Shown: positions 15,480-25,615, counted from the stretch's first letter. The stretch: 40,711 nucleotides of DNA from an uncultured Bacteroidales bacterium (GCA_964633305.1 CAZWGG010000002.1:1-40711), one strand, 5' to 3'. A program made the numbers and translations. Notes: a model not told the origin generated them from the sequence alone.

Positions 15480-15619
15480 TTTAAAAAATCCTCCTGTTTA
15501 ATTTCTATTTTTAGTTTAAAATTATTACAACCCTGTTGCTCTGGATCTCCTTCAATTGTATCATTCTTTATAATGCATTTACCATCTTGATAATTATCAC
15601 AATCTTTACAACTACCCAT
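15476..15619 (-). CDS. Cys-rich 47-aa protein
   Basis: AGGAGGATTTTTTAAA-ATG context, identical to that of the next gene. Translation MGSCKDCDNYQDGKCIIKNDTIEGDPEQQGCNNFKLKIEIKQEDFLK. ATGA overlap with the LPXTG gene. Confidence 0.45.
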   Translation of the reverse strand: MGSCKDCDNYQDGKCIIKNDTIEGDPEQQGCNNFKLKIEIKQEDFLK

Positions 15620-15636
15620 TTTAAAAAATCCTCCTC

Positions 15637-16053
15637 TTAATTTGATTTCCATTCATAAGATATACAAATATTATTTTCAGTATAAAGAACTAATATACTA
15701 TTGTCCTTACTTTTAAAAGAAATAATATTATAATCAAAAAAATCACTTTTAACTGTTTCTTTTTTAATTTCTTTTAAATTATCGTCAAATGTTTTGTTGA
15801 TATAATTAATGACTTCTTTTGCTTGCAAATTTTTAAAGTCTATTAAATTATTTCCCATTAACATAGTGTATCTTTCAGCATTTAAATATTTTAGTCTTTT
15901 ATCACTTTGCTCTTGTGGTTCTTCATTAACTTCATGGGTAATATTTTCTTTTGATAAATTGACAGCATTGCCAATTGACCAAAGAACTATGTTAGCTATA
16001 ACAGCTACTATAAAAAATATCACAATCATTATTATACATTTTCTTAATTTCAT
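15637..16053 (-). CDS. N-terminally membrane-anchored protein (138 aa)
   Basis: TM segment CIIMIVIFFIVAVIANIVLW followed by a soluble domain. ATGA overlap with the upstream HTH gene. Confidence 0.65.
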   Translation of the reverse strand: MKLRKCIIMIVIFFIVAVIANIVLWSIGNAVNLSKENITHEVNEEPQEQSDKRLKYLNAERYTMLMGNNLIDFKNLQAKEVINYINKTFDDNLKEIKKETVKSDFFDYNIISFKSKDNSILVLYTENNICISYEWKSN

Positions 16054-16253
16054 ACTATTAAACCGTCCTTTTCTTTATTATACAATACATGCTTTTTAGT
16101 TATAAATTCATTTAATGCTTTTTCTGAAACTCTCCAATCTTTACCTAATTTAAAGCCTGGAATATGACCATTTCTTAATTTTTTTCTTACTGTTTCAGGA
16201 TTTACTTTTAAAATTTCGGCAACTTCTTTTATTGTTAAAAATTTTGTTTCCAT
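16050..16253 (-). CDS. excisionase/MerR-type HTH DNA-binding protein (67 aa)
   Basis: FLTIKEVAEILKVNPETVRKKLRNGHIPGFKLGKDWRV matches the HTH_17 (PF12728) pattern. Confidence 0.75.
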   Translation of the reverse strand: METKFLTIKEVAEILKVNPETVRKKLRNGHIPGFKLGKDWRVSEKALNEFITKKHVLYNKEKDGLIV

Positions 16254-16281
16254 TGTTTACACCTCTATTATATTTTATACC

Positions 16282-16310
16282 ATTTTATACCCTTTTTTAC
16301 ATGTTGTCAA
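16282..16310 (-). promoter_or_regulatory. sigma-70 promoter (TTGACA-N17-TAAAAT) for the accessory cassette
   Basis: Minus strand reads attTTGACAacatgtaaaaaagggtaTAAAATgg, directly after hairpin 16317-16347. Confidence 0.65.
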
Positions 16311-16316
16311 AATAAT

Positions 16317-16347
16317 AAAAAGGACCTGTGAAATTTAGGCCCTTTTT
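16317..16347. terminator. terminator-like hairpin after the tail genes
   Basis: aaaaaggacc-N11-ggccctttttt with one mismatch. A/T tracts on both sides. Confidence 0.5.
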
Positions 16348-16403
16348 ATAACTTGAAAGAATTACCGACGAAATAATTATAAATATATTATATCATAAAT
16401 TTG

Positions 16404-17111
16404 TTATGCTATTTTCATTACTTTTAAATAACTTCCTGAGCTTATAGCTGTATCTGAACCAGTATCAACTTCTTTTGAAGCCCTTAAAGTTAATTCACCA
16501 GCTGTTGTAGTTGTTAAAAAACCCTCTTCTTTTATAAAATTAACATTGCTTTCTATACCATAGGCAACATCTGTTGTTAAATAACTTTGTCCAGTTCTCA
16601 TAGTTGAAGCATTTCTACTTGTTTCACCAAAAGCCATACCCATATATTTCCTAGTTTGATTTGCTGGTATAGAACCACTTGTAACTTCCCAATCTAATTG
16701 AATACCTGCGGTACTGTCGCCGGATGTTCCTAAAGCCAATTCAAAAATATAACTGCTACTAGCTTCAAAACTGAATTTTAAATTTGTATTAGTCATAGTA
16801 TTATTAGAAAAATATTCAGCACTAGAAATTGTTACAACTTGTATATTATTTTGTTTATCTGCTTCAATTGTACTTATATCACCTATCACACCAATTATAA
16901 TAAATTTACTTTGCCATCTAATCATTAACACATTACTTCCAACAATAGCACCTAATAAACTTGTAATACTTTTTACTGGGATAGCATTATCACCAGGATA
17001 TAATTTAACTTGTAAAGGGTCTAAACTGCTTATAATTGCAGGAATTACTAACATTTCTTTTACTTTATCATTTAAAATAGCATTTATAATATTATTATTT
17101 CTAGTAGACAT
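16404..17111 (-). CDS. tail-tip / receptor-binding candidate (235 aa)
   Basis: Last gene of the tail block, overlapping the upstream gene by 11 nt. Assignment is from position only. Confidence 0.4.
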   Translation of the reverse strand: MSTRNNNIINAILNDKVKEMLVIPAIISSLDPLQVKLYPGDNAIPVKSITSLLGAIVGSNVLMIRWQSKFIIIGVIGDISTIEADKQNNIQVVTISSAEYFSNNTMTNTNLKFSFEASSSYIFELALGTSGDSTAGIQLDWEVTSGSIPANQTRKYMGMAFGETSRNASTMRTGQSYLTTDVAYGIESNVNFIKEEGFLTTTTAGELTLRASKEVDTGSDTAISSGSYLKVMKIA

Positions 17112-18201
17112 CTTTAACCCTCCTTATCGAACTATTTACAGTAACACCAGGGGCTAAATAAATTTGTTGTTTTTCTATTTTATATACACTATCAACATCT
17201 AATTTTTCACTTTTAAATCTAAAAGAATCACCTTGCCATGGTATACCATCATTAACCCTAGAACTTACAAAAGCATGTGGATAATCAACAGCTTCTTCTA
17301 CCTGTAACATTTTTAATAATTCTCTTTTTGCTCTAAGATCAACATAATCTTGACTTACTGCTTCACTTTGAAATATTTTAGTTACATATCTTCCAATGCT
17401 TGTATAACTAAATGGATGATCTTCTAACCCTTCATCCTCAAAAGTTAAAACCTTATATAGTGGTGCTGTATCTTGTGCTAATTGATTTGTTATAATTACA
17501 ACTCTATTATACATATCTGCATAATCTGTTGTTAAATTAACATTTGGTTCATATAATGAAACTTCATTATCTATAAATTCATGTATAATATTAGGTGTTG
17601 CTGTCCAGGGTTTACCCATAAAAACCCCGGACCCATTAACCCATAAAGGGTAATAATTAATCATGTTTAATAAAGAATTAATAATAAATAATTTACTTTT
17701 ACCTAATTCATAACTTACATCTTCGGCTAATACTTCATCGCTAGCTTGTATTTGATAATTTACCCATGTTCCGACCTCTTGAAGTAGATCTTCTATTTTT
17801 TCAACTACATTTTCACCCACTTCAAAACTACGTGAAGTTATTTCTTTATCCTGTTCTAAAGCATATAGTAAATCATATCCTGTTATATACCTAGTTACAA
17901 CTTTACCATCTAAGTCTTTTCTAGGTGCTAACAACATATAATGACCAAGTGGAAATTCATAAGTAGTATTATTTGTTTCTAAACAATACCAAGGTTTTAT
18001 TAAATCAGTTAAATAATTAATATCTTCAATATCTTTTATTTTAAAAGTAGCTCCTGTTATAACATTTCTAGTAAAATCTAAAGTTATACGACCATCAATA
18101 ACATAATTTGTTATATATTGGTTGTGGCTATAAGCTCCATTTTGTAATGTTAAAAGCTCATATTTAAAAGATTCTTTACCACCATAATCAAAAATACTCA
18201 T
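17101..18201 (-). CDS. Tal-like / baseplate-hub-like tail protein (366 aa)
   Basis: Sits after the tape measure and Dit-like protein. Assignment is from position and size. Confidence 0.5.
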   Translation of the reverse strand: MSIFDYGGKESFKYELLTLQNGAYSHNQYITNYVIDGRITLDFTRNVITGATFKIKDIEDINYLTDLIKPWYCLETNNTTYEFPLGHYMLLAPRKDLDGKVVTRYITGYDLLYALEQDKEITSRSFEVGENVVEKIEDLLQEVGTWVNYQIQASDEVLAEDVSYELGKSKLFIINSLLNMINYYPLWVNGSGVFMGKPWTATPNIIHEFIDNEVSLYEPNVNLTTDYADMYNRVVIITNQLAQDTAPLYKVLTFEDEGLEDHPFSYTSIGRYVTKIFQSEAVSQDYVDLRAKRELLKMLQVEEAVDYPHAFVSSRVNDGIPWQGDSFRFKSEKLDVDSVYKIEKQQIYLAPGVTVNSSIRRVKDVY

Positions 18202-18216
18202 ATTAACACCCCTTTC

Positions 18217-21063
18217 TTAATTAGTTTCATGTTCAACACGCTCTATAGTACAGCTAAATTGATATGCGTTATTGTCTATTCTTGTAACTTTAGGGGATTG
18301 TATAGAACAATAAAACCAACGCCCTCTAAAATCCCTAAAAAAGATAGCTCCAACATATTCTATAATATCAAATAACGTATCATAAAATTCAAATGGTAAA
18401 TCACAACTAAAATTTAATATCTGTCTTTTATATGATCCTTGATATTTTACCGGGTATGTTCTACCCTCAAATTGTTTTAATGTTTCTGCTCTTTCTCTTT
18501 GTTCTGATATTTGAACATTTCCAATTATTTTTACAAATTCAGAAAAACCATCTCCACCATTAATAAAATAATTACCTGTCAACAAAACATCTAATTCAGA
18601 TACTTCTGATGCATTAATTGAAGGAACAGCTGAAACTGCTTCAACAAAATATTTATTATTTCCACCTATTGTTGGTATATAATCAGTAACAATAGTATTT
18701 AAAGGAACATCTGTTAAAATTGTTTCATAATCTCCATCATCAACAGATCTATAAACAGTGTTTGAAACTGCTTCGGCGTTTTCTGGTGTAATAGTAATTA
18801 TAAGTTTTGGCTCATAATCTGCTATACTTTTATCATAAAATTCATCTGTTGGGTATCCTGTACCACCTGTTAATATATATAAGCCTTCATAATCTGTAAT
18901 TGTACCTTCTGCAATATCTTGTATTAATGTTGTTATGTCCCATGTTTCAGAATCACCTGCTGCATGTGAATGGCTTCCATAATCACCAGCATCAACTTTT
19001 GATATTAAATTATTATATGTTGCTGTTGTTTCATCCCATGTATCATTTATATAATGAACTTCGCTTTGCATATCCCCGCTAAACGCTGATTTTCTATATA
19101 ATAATAATTGAGCATCTAAAACATCTTTACCAAGAATACTGGTTAAATTAAAATCTAAACAAATACCTTGATAATCGTCACTAGCACCATAATATAAATT
19201 TAATTCACCTTCACCATCATAATTAGTATCATCATACCCAGTGTAATTATATACATAACTATCTTGTATTGCTGTTAATTCATATTCTGATATTACATCA
19301 GGGTTTATAATTTCAATATTTATTGCTCCATCATCTTCTTGTAAATCTAATGTAATAGTTGGTTGCATTGGTTGTAAAAATAAAGTTTCAAATTCAACTT
19401 CTGTTTCCTCACTCCAAAGACCATTTTCTTCTTTAACTTGTAAAGTTACTTTGTAACTTGTTTCATTTTCTAAAGTATAATTAAATGTACAACTTCCAGA
19501 ACTTCCACTTGCTACTTCTGCGCTTACAAGTTTTGATTCAAGTAATAAATCGTCTGAATTATATAATTTACAAAGATATTGTATTTGGTTATTAGTTTCT
19601 GCTTGTGTATATTCCCATTCAACAGTTAATTCTGAATAACCATATTCAGATAATGCAGTTGGATCTGTTATTGTTGCATCTGGTGTTGTGGTACAAATAA
19701 ATTCAGCTTCATCTGACCAATCAGAACCTGTTGCATAATCGCCCCATGTTTTAACCTGCCATAAATAAGTATTTCCATTTGTAAATGTACTACCAGCAAT
19801 ATCAACGCTTTCTGTTCCACTTGCTTCTTCATCATATTGCGGTGAACCAGGATAAGCCCCACCTGATACTTTATATTGTAAACTATATTTTGTTTGTGCT
19901 GTTCCATCTGTTGGATTATGATTCCAACTAAAATTTTGTAAATCTGCAGCATCAAAAACTAAAGCATCCGGACTTAAACCGGTTGGTTCATCTGGTGTAG
20001 ATAATGTTTGAACTGTGTTACTTTCTACCTGTGTACTTTCCAAGCTTGGAGGTGTACAAGTAGCAGACACTTTATATTTATTATAATTAGCAGGGCTGTT
20101 ATCTGTATAACTTTCAGAATTTGCTGCTAATGCACTTGTTAAAGTACTATACCCAGCCCATGTAATACCATCTGTTGAAGTATTTCTTTGAACTTTGTAA
20201 TTTGTTTCATGTGTTGCATTATCGTCCCAAGTAACTTCTACAGTTCCACCAATTCTTGTTGCTACAACGCTTGTAGGTGCTGCTGGTGTAGTATTAATAT
20301 AATCAGTATATGCATAACTTGAATAACCTGCATTATTCCAGGCCCTTATTCTATATCTATAATATCTATTAGCAATTGTTGTTGTATCTGTATAACTATT
20401 ACTTCCTGTACTTGTATAATCTGTTGTAATAGTTTTTATAGCATACCAAGAACCTGTTACATTATCATATCTTTCTATATACTGATTATAATAAGGATCG
20501 TCCGCACTTGCTGTTCTAGTCCATTCAATAGTATGACTAGTATCACTATTACGACTTACTGTTTGACCAGTAACAGCACTTGGAGCAGTAATATAAAAAG
20601 CACCAACAGTTGGTTCATCATTTGTATCTGTATTATAACCAGACATTGAAGTAATAGAAGGCCATCCAGCGGTATTTGATTTTCTATAACCATTTCCAGA
20701 ACCTGAGGTTGTACCCATGATATGACTTTCCCCAGGATTTCTATAAATACCAACCCAATAATCATTAGCTCCAACAACTTCTGGTGTTGCTAATGTTTCA
20801 GTATATGTATATTGTGTTGACTCATTACCGTCTGCCATTGTAAAAGTACCGGATTGAGCTAAAGCCGACCCTCCAACACTCCACAAAGCAATTCGGGCTG
20901 CAACTGTGCCTGTATTATAACCAGCGGCTTTTATTCTTAATTGTGTAATGGCACAACTAGTTGGAATTGTTACTTTTGCCGCATGTTGATTATAAGTGTT
21001 GAGTCCTGACCAAGCATATCCAGAACCCCCTGCGTTACTAACTACCCAAGGCGTAACAATCAA
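18217..21063 (-). CDS. Dit-like distal tail protein with a roughly 790-aa N-terminal extension (beta-rich domain, FN3-like repeats, DNRLRE-like domain)
   Basis: FN3-like segments (TIEWTRT...YRYRIRAWNNAGYSSY and others). YINDTWDETTATYNNL as a DNRLRE-like segment. C-terminal FEGRTYPVKYQGSYKRQILNFSCDL...FRDFRGRWFY is Dit-like. The start is uncertain because TTG 21063 abuts GAAAGGGG. Confidence 0.7.
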   Translation of the reverse strand: MIVTPWVVSNAGGSGYAWSGLNTYNQHAAKVTIPTSCAITQLRIKAAGYNTGTVAARIALWSVGGSALAQSGTFTMADGNESTQYTYTETLATPEVVGANDYWVGIYRNPGESHIMGTTSGSGNGYRKSNTAGWPSITSMSGYNTDTNDEPTVGAFYITAPSAVTGQTVSRNSDTSHTIEWTRTASADDPYYNQYIERYDNVTGSWYAIKTITTDYTSTGSNSYTDTTTIANRYYRYRIRAWNNAGYSSYAYTDYINTTPAAPTSVVATRIGGTVEVTWDDNATHETNYKVQRNTSTDGITWAGYSTLTSALAANSESYTDNSPANYNKYKVSATCTPPSLESTQVESNTVQTLSTPDEPTGLSPDALVFDAADLQNFSWNHNPTDGTAQTKYSLQYKVSGGAYPGSPQYDEEASGTESVDIAGSTFTNGNTYLWQVKTWGDYATGSDWSDEAEFICTTTPDATITDPTALSEYGYSELTVEWEYTQAETNNQIQYLCKLYNSDDLLLESKLVSAEVASGSSGSCTFNYTLENETSYKVTLQVKEENGLWSEETEVEFETLFLQPMQPTITLDLQEDDGAINIEIINPDVISEYELTAIQDSYVYNYTGYDDTNYDGEGELNLYYGASDDYQGICLDFNLTSILGKDVLDAQLLLYRKSAFSGDMQSEVHYINDTWDETTATYNNLISKVDAGDYGSHSHAAGDSETWDITTLIQDIAEGTITDYEGLYILTGGTGYPTDEFYDKSIADYEPKLIITITPENAEAVSNTVYRSVDDGDYETILTDVPLNTIVTDYIPTIGGNNKYFVEAVSAVPSINASEVSELDVLLTGNYFINGGDGFSEFVKIIGNVQISEQRERAETLKQFEGRTYPVKYQGSYKRQILNFSCDLPFEFYDTLFDIIEYVGAIFFRDFRGRWFYCSIQSPKVTRIDNNAYQFSCTIERVEHETN

Positions 21064-21098
21064 CCCCTTTCTTTGTTTGTTTATACACTTTTATATAA

Positions 21099-24000
21099 TT
21101 ATCTCATATTTTGTTCTATTTTTAAAGTTCTAAATATATCAATAACATCTTCAACATCTTTTATAGAATTAGGATCAATTAAAACATTACCATTAAAATT
21201 AAATATTTCTTGTTTTGAATTATTGTAATTATTATAATTGCCTGATCCTATACCTGATTTTGTATTATTTAACATTCCTTTAGTTTCATTAGCTGTATAA
21301 ATATCGGCACCTTTAGGAACATACATTAATTCGGGACCTTCTTCACCTACTATTGCATAATGTCCATAAGGTGAATTTGTAAGACCTTTTGCATGTCCTT
21401 TTTGAGGATATGCTTTTTGTCCTCCTATATTTACAGAACCAACTAAACCACCTGACAATATTGAAGCTGCTGCCGATAATATATCACCAGCATGATTTTT
21501 TATATAATTAATAGCTGCATTAACTAAACCTGTCGCTAACTCAACGCCAACGCTAACTGCTGCACTAACTATTGCATCTGAATTTTCTGAAATTTTATTT
21601 TTAACATATATCATAGCTTCTTTCATTTTTTGAGGCAAACTCTTTTTTATATCATCCCATACTTTATCCAATGCTTTTTTTAATATGTCAGCTTGTGTTG
21701 TAACTTCTCTTTGTTCAAGTTCTGCAGCTGTTAAAACACCATCATATTTTAACATCGCATTTGCAATAGTTTCGTCTTTAGTGTTCTTAGATTTTTTAAC
21801 TGATTCTGTATACTGTCTATCAGCTTCTTTAATTATTCCACTAGCTTCTTCACTAGAGATTATTTTTAAAGAATCCCTAGCAATTATTGCTTCTTTTATT
21901 TTATCGTCCTTCTTTTTCTTAGCATTTTCAACTTCTTTATCATAGGCTTTATTTGATTCAACAATAATTGCCATAGTTTCATCTTTATTCAATTGTACAG
22001 TCAAGTTTTTAGATTCTTCTAAAATTCTTAATTGTTCTGCTTTACTATCTGTTATTACTTGAACTTCTTTTTGTGCTGCTTGCTCTTTTAAATATTGTAT
22101 TTGTAAAGTTTCTTCCTCTGTTAATCTTCTATGTTCATTTGCAGCTGTTTGTATTATATTATTTATTTCAGCATAATTAATATTCATTAAATCTTTTTCA
22201 TCAGTATAATTTTGTTGCAATAAAGCAAGTCTTTCAATTTCTTGTTCCCTGGTTAATATTGCACTATTTTCAAATAATTCTTTTAATTTATTTGTTTCTT
22301 GGATTTTTCTTTCATCCAATTTTTGTATAACAAAATTTAATTCATCATCTAATGCTTTTTTAGTATCTTCTATTTTTAAAGCATATGCCTTTTTATTTTC
22401 TGCTGTCATATTTTCTGAAAACATATATTGAGAATTTAAAAGACCATTTAAAGCATTATCTGCAATTGCTTTTAATTCCACATATTTAGCAGCGACTTCA
22501 TCATTTGCAAATTTTAATTTTGTTGGTATTAATCCAAAGGTATCTAAAACAGTATATAAATAATTGACTAATTCACCGCCCCATTTAACAATACTTTGAA
22601 CCATATCAATAAATAAATTCTTACTTACTGATGTACTACCATTTAATTTATCAAAACCACCTGTTATTAAATTAGTTATATTTTCTTTTAAAAGTTCAAA
22701 AGCAGGTCCTATATTATCTCTTATTACTTGAATAACAATTTGTGCCTTATCATACATTTCAACAAAAGCTTTTGCTAATTTTCCAGCTGCTTTATCAGAC
22801 ATACCTAATTTTTCAGTTAATAAATCAAACATTTTTTGAAAGTCACCTGATAATAAAGCTTTAACTGTAGCTATACCATCCGAAAAGATACCTAACTTTG
22901 CTATAATTAAAGCAATTGCACCTGTAAATATTCCAATAGCTGTTGTTACTGCTGCAATATGTATTGGTATTATTAATAAAATTGCAATAATTGCACCAAA
23001 TACAGGTAAACCTACTGTTGATATCAAAGCAACAATTGCTGAAATAGCAAGAACTAAACCACCAAAAGTAGTAATTAAAATACCTATTCCAGAAATAATT
23101 GGACCTATTAAAGTTGTAAGTAAAGCTAATACAATTGATAAATCTTTTACCGGACCAGGCAAATTAAAAAATCCTTCAGCTAATATTTGCAATTTATCAG
23201 CAAAAAATTCTATAATTGGTATTAATCGATCACCAATTTGAATTGCAATGCCTTCTAAAACACTTTTTAATTTAGTTATTTTACCAGCCAAATTATCTTG
23301 CATAGTTTTAGCCATTGCAGATAAAGCACCCTCTGAATTATATAATTTACCTGTTAATTTATCTAATTCTTCACTAGTACCATTTAATAAAGCGTTTAGT
23401 TCTTTGGTCCTTGTTTTTCCACCTATCATTTGTACATAAGCATCTCTTTGTTTATCTGTCATATCTGCAAATTTTTCATTTAGTTCTTTTAATATAACTG
23501 TCATACCTCTGAATTTTCCATGACCATCATACAAATCAATGTTTAATTCTTTCATTGCTTTACCTGCTCTACCTGTTCCAGTTGTCAAGTTATTCATGAT
23601 AGATATTACAGCGTTTCCTGCTTCGGCCCCTTTATAACCTCTATTTGCTAATATACCTAATAATGCACCGGCTTCTTCTAAAGGAACATTAAACATTTTA
23701 AAAGAACCACCAGCTGTAACCATTGCTTCAAGAAATTGTTCCATAGTTTGATTACTATTTATTTGTGCATTTGCTGCAATATCCAAATATTTAGCCATGT
23801 CTTTTGTTCCAATACCTAAAGCAGCCATACTATCAGTAACTAAATCACTAGTTCTTCCTAGATCCATCATACCAGCTTCGGATGCTCTAATCATAGGTTC
23901 TAAACCTTCTTGAATTTGTGTTAAATCCCATCCAGCCAAACCCATATATTCAATAGCTTCTGCAGCTTCTGTTGCTGTTTTTGAAGTACTTGAACCCATA

Positions 24001-24254
24001 TCAATAGCCAAATCACGTAAAGTTGTAAAGTTTTTTCCTGTTGCACTAGTAACAGCGGAAACCCTTGACATTTCTTTGTCAAAACTCATTGTTGTTTTAA
24101 CAATATTTTCCCCTACTTCTAATATTGGTTTTGATAAATTTTCAATTAACATATTACCAACATCAGTAACAGCATCGCCTAAAGCACTAATTTGACTACC
24201 TACTTTGTCAATACCTTCTGCTTTAACACTATAAAATAAATCTGCTATATTCAC
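21099..24254 (-). CDS. tail tape measure protein
   Basis: Over 1000 aa, with a central multi-TM/Gly-Ile-rich block, a long coiled coil and a TP901-type core (EAIEYMGLAGW). GTG 24254 lies 8 nt after AGGAGG and is preferred over the ORF-track start at 24263. Confidence 0.9.
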   Translation of the reverse strand: MNIADLFYSVKAEGIDKVGSQISALGDAVTDVGNMLIENLSKPILEVGENIVKTTMSFDKEMSRVSAVTSATGKNFTTLRDLAIDMGSSTSKTATEAAEAIEYMGLAGWDLTQIQEGLEPMIRASEAGMMDLGRTSDLVTDSMAALGIGTKDMAKYLDIAANAQINSNQTMEQFLEAMVTAGGSFKMFNVPLEEAGALLGILANRGYKGAEAGNAVISIMNNLTTGTGRAGKAMKELNIDLYDGHGKFRGMTVILKELNEKFADMTDKQRDAYVQMIGGKTRTKELNALLNGTSEELDKLTGKLYNSEGALSAMAKTMQDNLAGKITKLKSVLEGIAIQIGDRLIPIIEFFADKLQILAEGFFNLPGPVKDLSIVLALLTTLIGPIISGIGILITTFGGLVLAISAIVALISTVGLPVFGAIIAILLIIPIHIAAVTTAIGIFTGAIALIIAKLGIFSDGIATVKALLSGDFQKMFDLLTEKLGMSDKAAGKLAKAFVEMYDKAQIVIQVIRDNIGPAFELLKENITNLITGGFDKLNGSTSVSKNLFIDMVQSIVKWGGELVNYLYTVLDTFGLIPTKLKFANDEVAAKYVELKAIADNALNGLLNSQYMFSENMTAENKKAYALKIEDTKKALDDELNFVIQKLDERKIQETNKLKELFENSAILTREQEIERLALLQQNYTDEKDLMNINYAEINNIIQTAANEHRRLTEEETLQIQYLKEQAAQKEVQVITDSKAEQLRILEESKNLTVQLNKDETMAIIVESNKAYDKEVENAKKKKDDKIKEAIIARDSLKIISSEEASGIIKEADRQYTESVKKSKNTKDETIANAMLKYDGVLTAAELEQREVTTQADILKKALDKVWDDIKKSLPQKMKEAMIYVKNKISENSDAIVSAAVSVGVELATGLVNAAINYIKNHAGDILSAAASILSGGLVGSVNIGGQKAYPQKGHAKGLTNSPYGHYAIVGEEGPELMYVPKGADIYTANETKGMLNNTKSGIGSGNYNNYNNSKQEIFNFNGNVLIDPNSIKDVEDVIDIFRTLKIEQNMR

Positions 24255-24266
24255 AGTTTCCACCTC

Positions 24267-24593
24267 CTAGCTTTTAATATTTGCTACCTTCTTGCATATA
24301 ACTTTTATATGGTGATTTCTATTAACTGTGTTTTTTGGATCTCCTATAACTTCATAAGTTCCTGAATTATAAACAATCAAATCACCTGCAATTAAATCAA
24401 AATCGTCACATAAAAATTTATACAATGTTTCTGTAGTTTCTTTATCTGCTACTTTTACATTTTGCATTCTATAAGCTGACATATAACCATTTATATTTGT
24501 ATCAGCATATGTTGTTATTGGTCTACCTCTAGTATTTTGTGTTTCTGTCTTTCTTTTTCTAACACATGCTTGATATGCTCTTTTTAAGCTCAT
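24267..24593 (-). CDS. head-closure / head-tail adaptor-like protein (108 aa)
   Basis: Size, ATGA coupling to the gp6-like gene, and a C-terminal ...GTYEVIGDP... pattern. Confidence 0.5.
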   Translation of the reverse strand: MSLKRAYQACVRKRKTETQNTRGRPITTYADTNINGYMSAYRMQNVKVADKETTETLYKFLCDDFDLIAGDLIVYNSGTYEVIGDPKNTVNRNHHIKVICKKVANIKS

Positions 24594-25189
24594 AAAATCA
24601 CCTTCAAGCTACTAAATAAATCTTTCTTAAATAAATGTCTATATCTTTGTAAAGCTACCATATAACTTAAAGGATAACCCTGAATAGTATCCTCTAAAGT
24701 TATAGTATAATCATCAATTTTTTCTGATTTCATACCTGGTGTAAATTCATCTGTATTTGTTGTTAATTGATAATTAATCATTTTAGCAGCCACAAATTTT
24801 AAAGGTATTGGGTATTTAACTTTTGTAATATATACAGTTTCAGATTCATCTTCATCCTGTATTGTATCAATACTATTTATTATAATTTTATTAGTGCTTA
24901 CAGAACTAACTGTAAATACTTGATTATTTCTAAAACTCTTATACACTCTTATAGAATCATTAGCAACTATTTTTTTTGTTGAAATGTTTGTTAAATTTAT
25001 ACTATTATCACTATTAACAAAAGTGATATCATTACTAGAAAAAAAGTCAAATTCTTCATCAATAAAGTCATTCTTACAATAATCAACTATATCCTGTTCT
25101 ACTAATGGAATAAACATATTAATTAATGAATCATTAGTATCAACATCAATTTGTAATATTGTTTTTACTTCATCTAAAGTTATAATCAT
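24590..25189 (-). CDS. gp6-like head-tail connector protein (199 aa)
   Basis: N-terminus MIITLDEVKTILQIDVDTNDSLINMFIPLVEQDIVDYC matches the Phage_connect_1 (PF05135) pattern. Confidence 0.65.
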   Translation of the reverse strand: MIITLDEVKTILQIDVDTNDSLINMFIPLVEQDIVDYCKNDFIDEEFDFFSSNDITFVNSDNSINLTNISTKKIVANDSIRVYKSFRNNQVFTVSSVSTNKIIINSIDTIQDEDESETVYITKVKYPIPLKFVAAKMINYQLTTNTDEFTPGMKSEKIDDYTITLEDTIQGYPLSYMVALQRYRHLFKKDLFSSLKVIL

Positions 25190-25208
25190 TGTTTGACCTC
25201 CCTTTCTT

Positions 25209-25568
25209 TTATAATTTTCTTTCTTTAAATTTTTTATTTTTTATATTATTGGTAATTTTGTTTATAATTCTTGTTTCTTCTTCTTCTTTTTCGTCATGAT
25301 CCATTATATTAGTTTCAGCTATTTTTCTATGTCTTTTATAATATGTTTCAAAATCCTCTTTATTTCCTTTTTGAATTTCTATTAACCATAATTGAAACAT
25401 TCTATCTTTTGATTTTTCTTCCATTTCATCATTTATTTCATTTATGCACTTTTGCCATAAAATAAAAGCCCTATCAAAAGGTAAATCTAAAATATAGTTA
25501 GTATAATTAAAATCCTTATAGTGCCTCATTAATGGTCCTATTATATTTTCTTCTGTGAAAAAATTCAT
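25209..25568 (-). CDS. T segment of tail assembly chaperone G-T (reached by a -1 frameshift from 25616..26008)
   Basis: Lies in the -1 frame relative to the upstream ORF. The -1 frame is open from the slip site through ATG 25568 (checked codon by codon). No RBS precedes its own ATG. Confidence 0.7.
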   Translation of the reverse strand: MNFFTEENIIGPLMRHYKDFNYTNYILDLPFDRAFILWQKCINEINDEMEEKSKDRMFQLWLIEIQKGNKEDFETYYKRHRKIAETNIMDHDEKEEEETRIINKITNNIKNKKFKERKL

Positions 25569-25615
25569 TATGAAGGTGAAGTGATTTACCTCACCTTCTA
25601 ATAATTCTCTTTCGG

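Noticed and set aside
2268-20777. Same-strand alternative-frame ORFs (2268..2468, 12532..12744, 19668..19955, 20556..20777)
   Set aside because: They are embedded out of frame in the ERF, polymerase and Dit-like genes, with no independent start signals.
25572-25598. Hairpin gaaggtga-N11-tcaccttc as the stimulator of the -1 frameshift
   Set aside because: It starts about 50 nt downstream of the slippery heptamer, far beyond the usual 5-9 nt spacing. It more likely just occludes independent initiation at ATG 25568.
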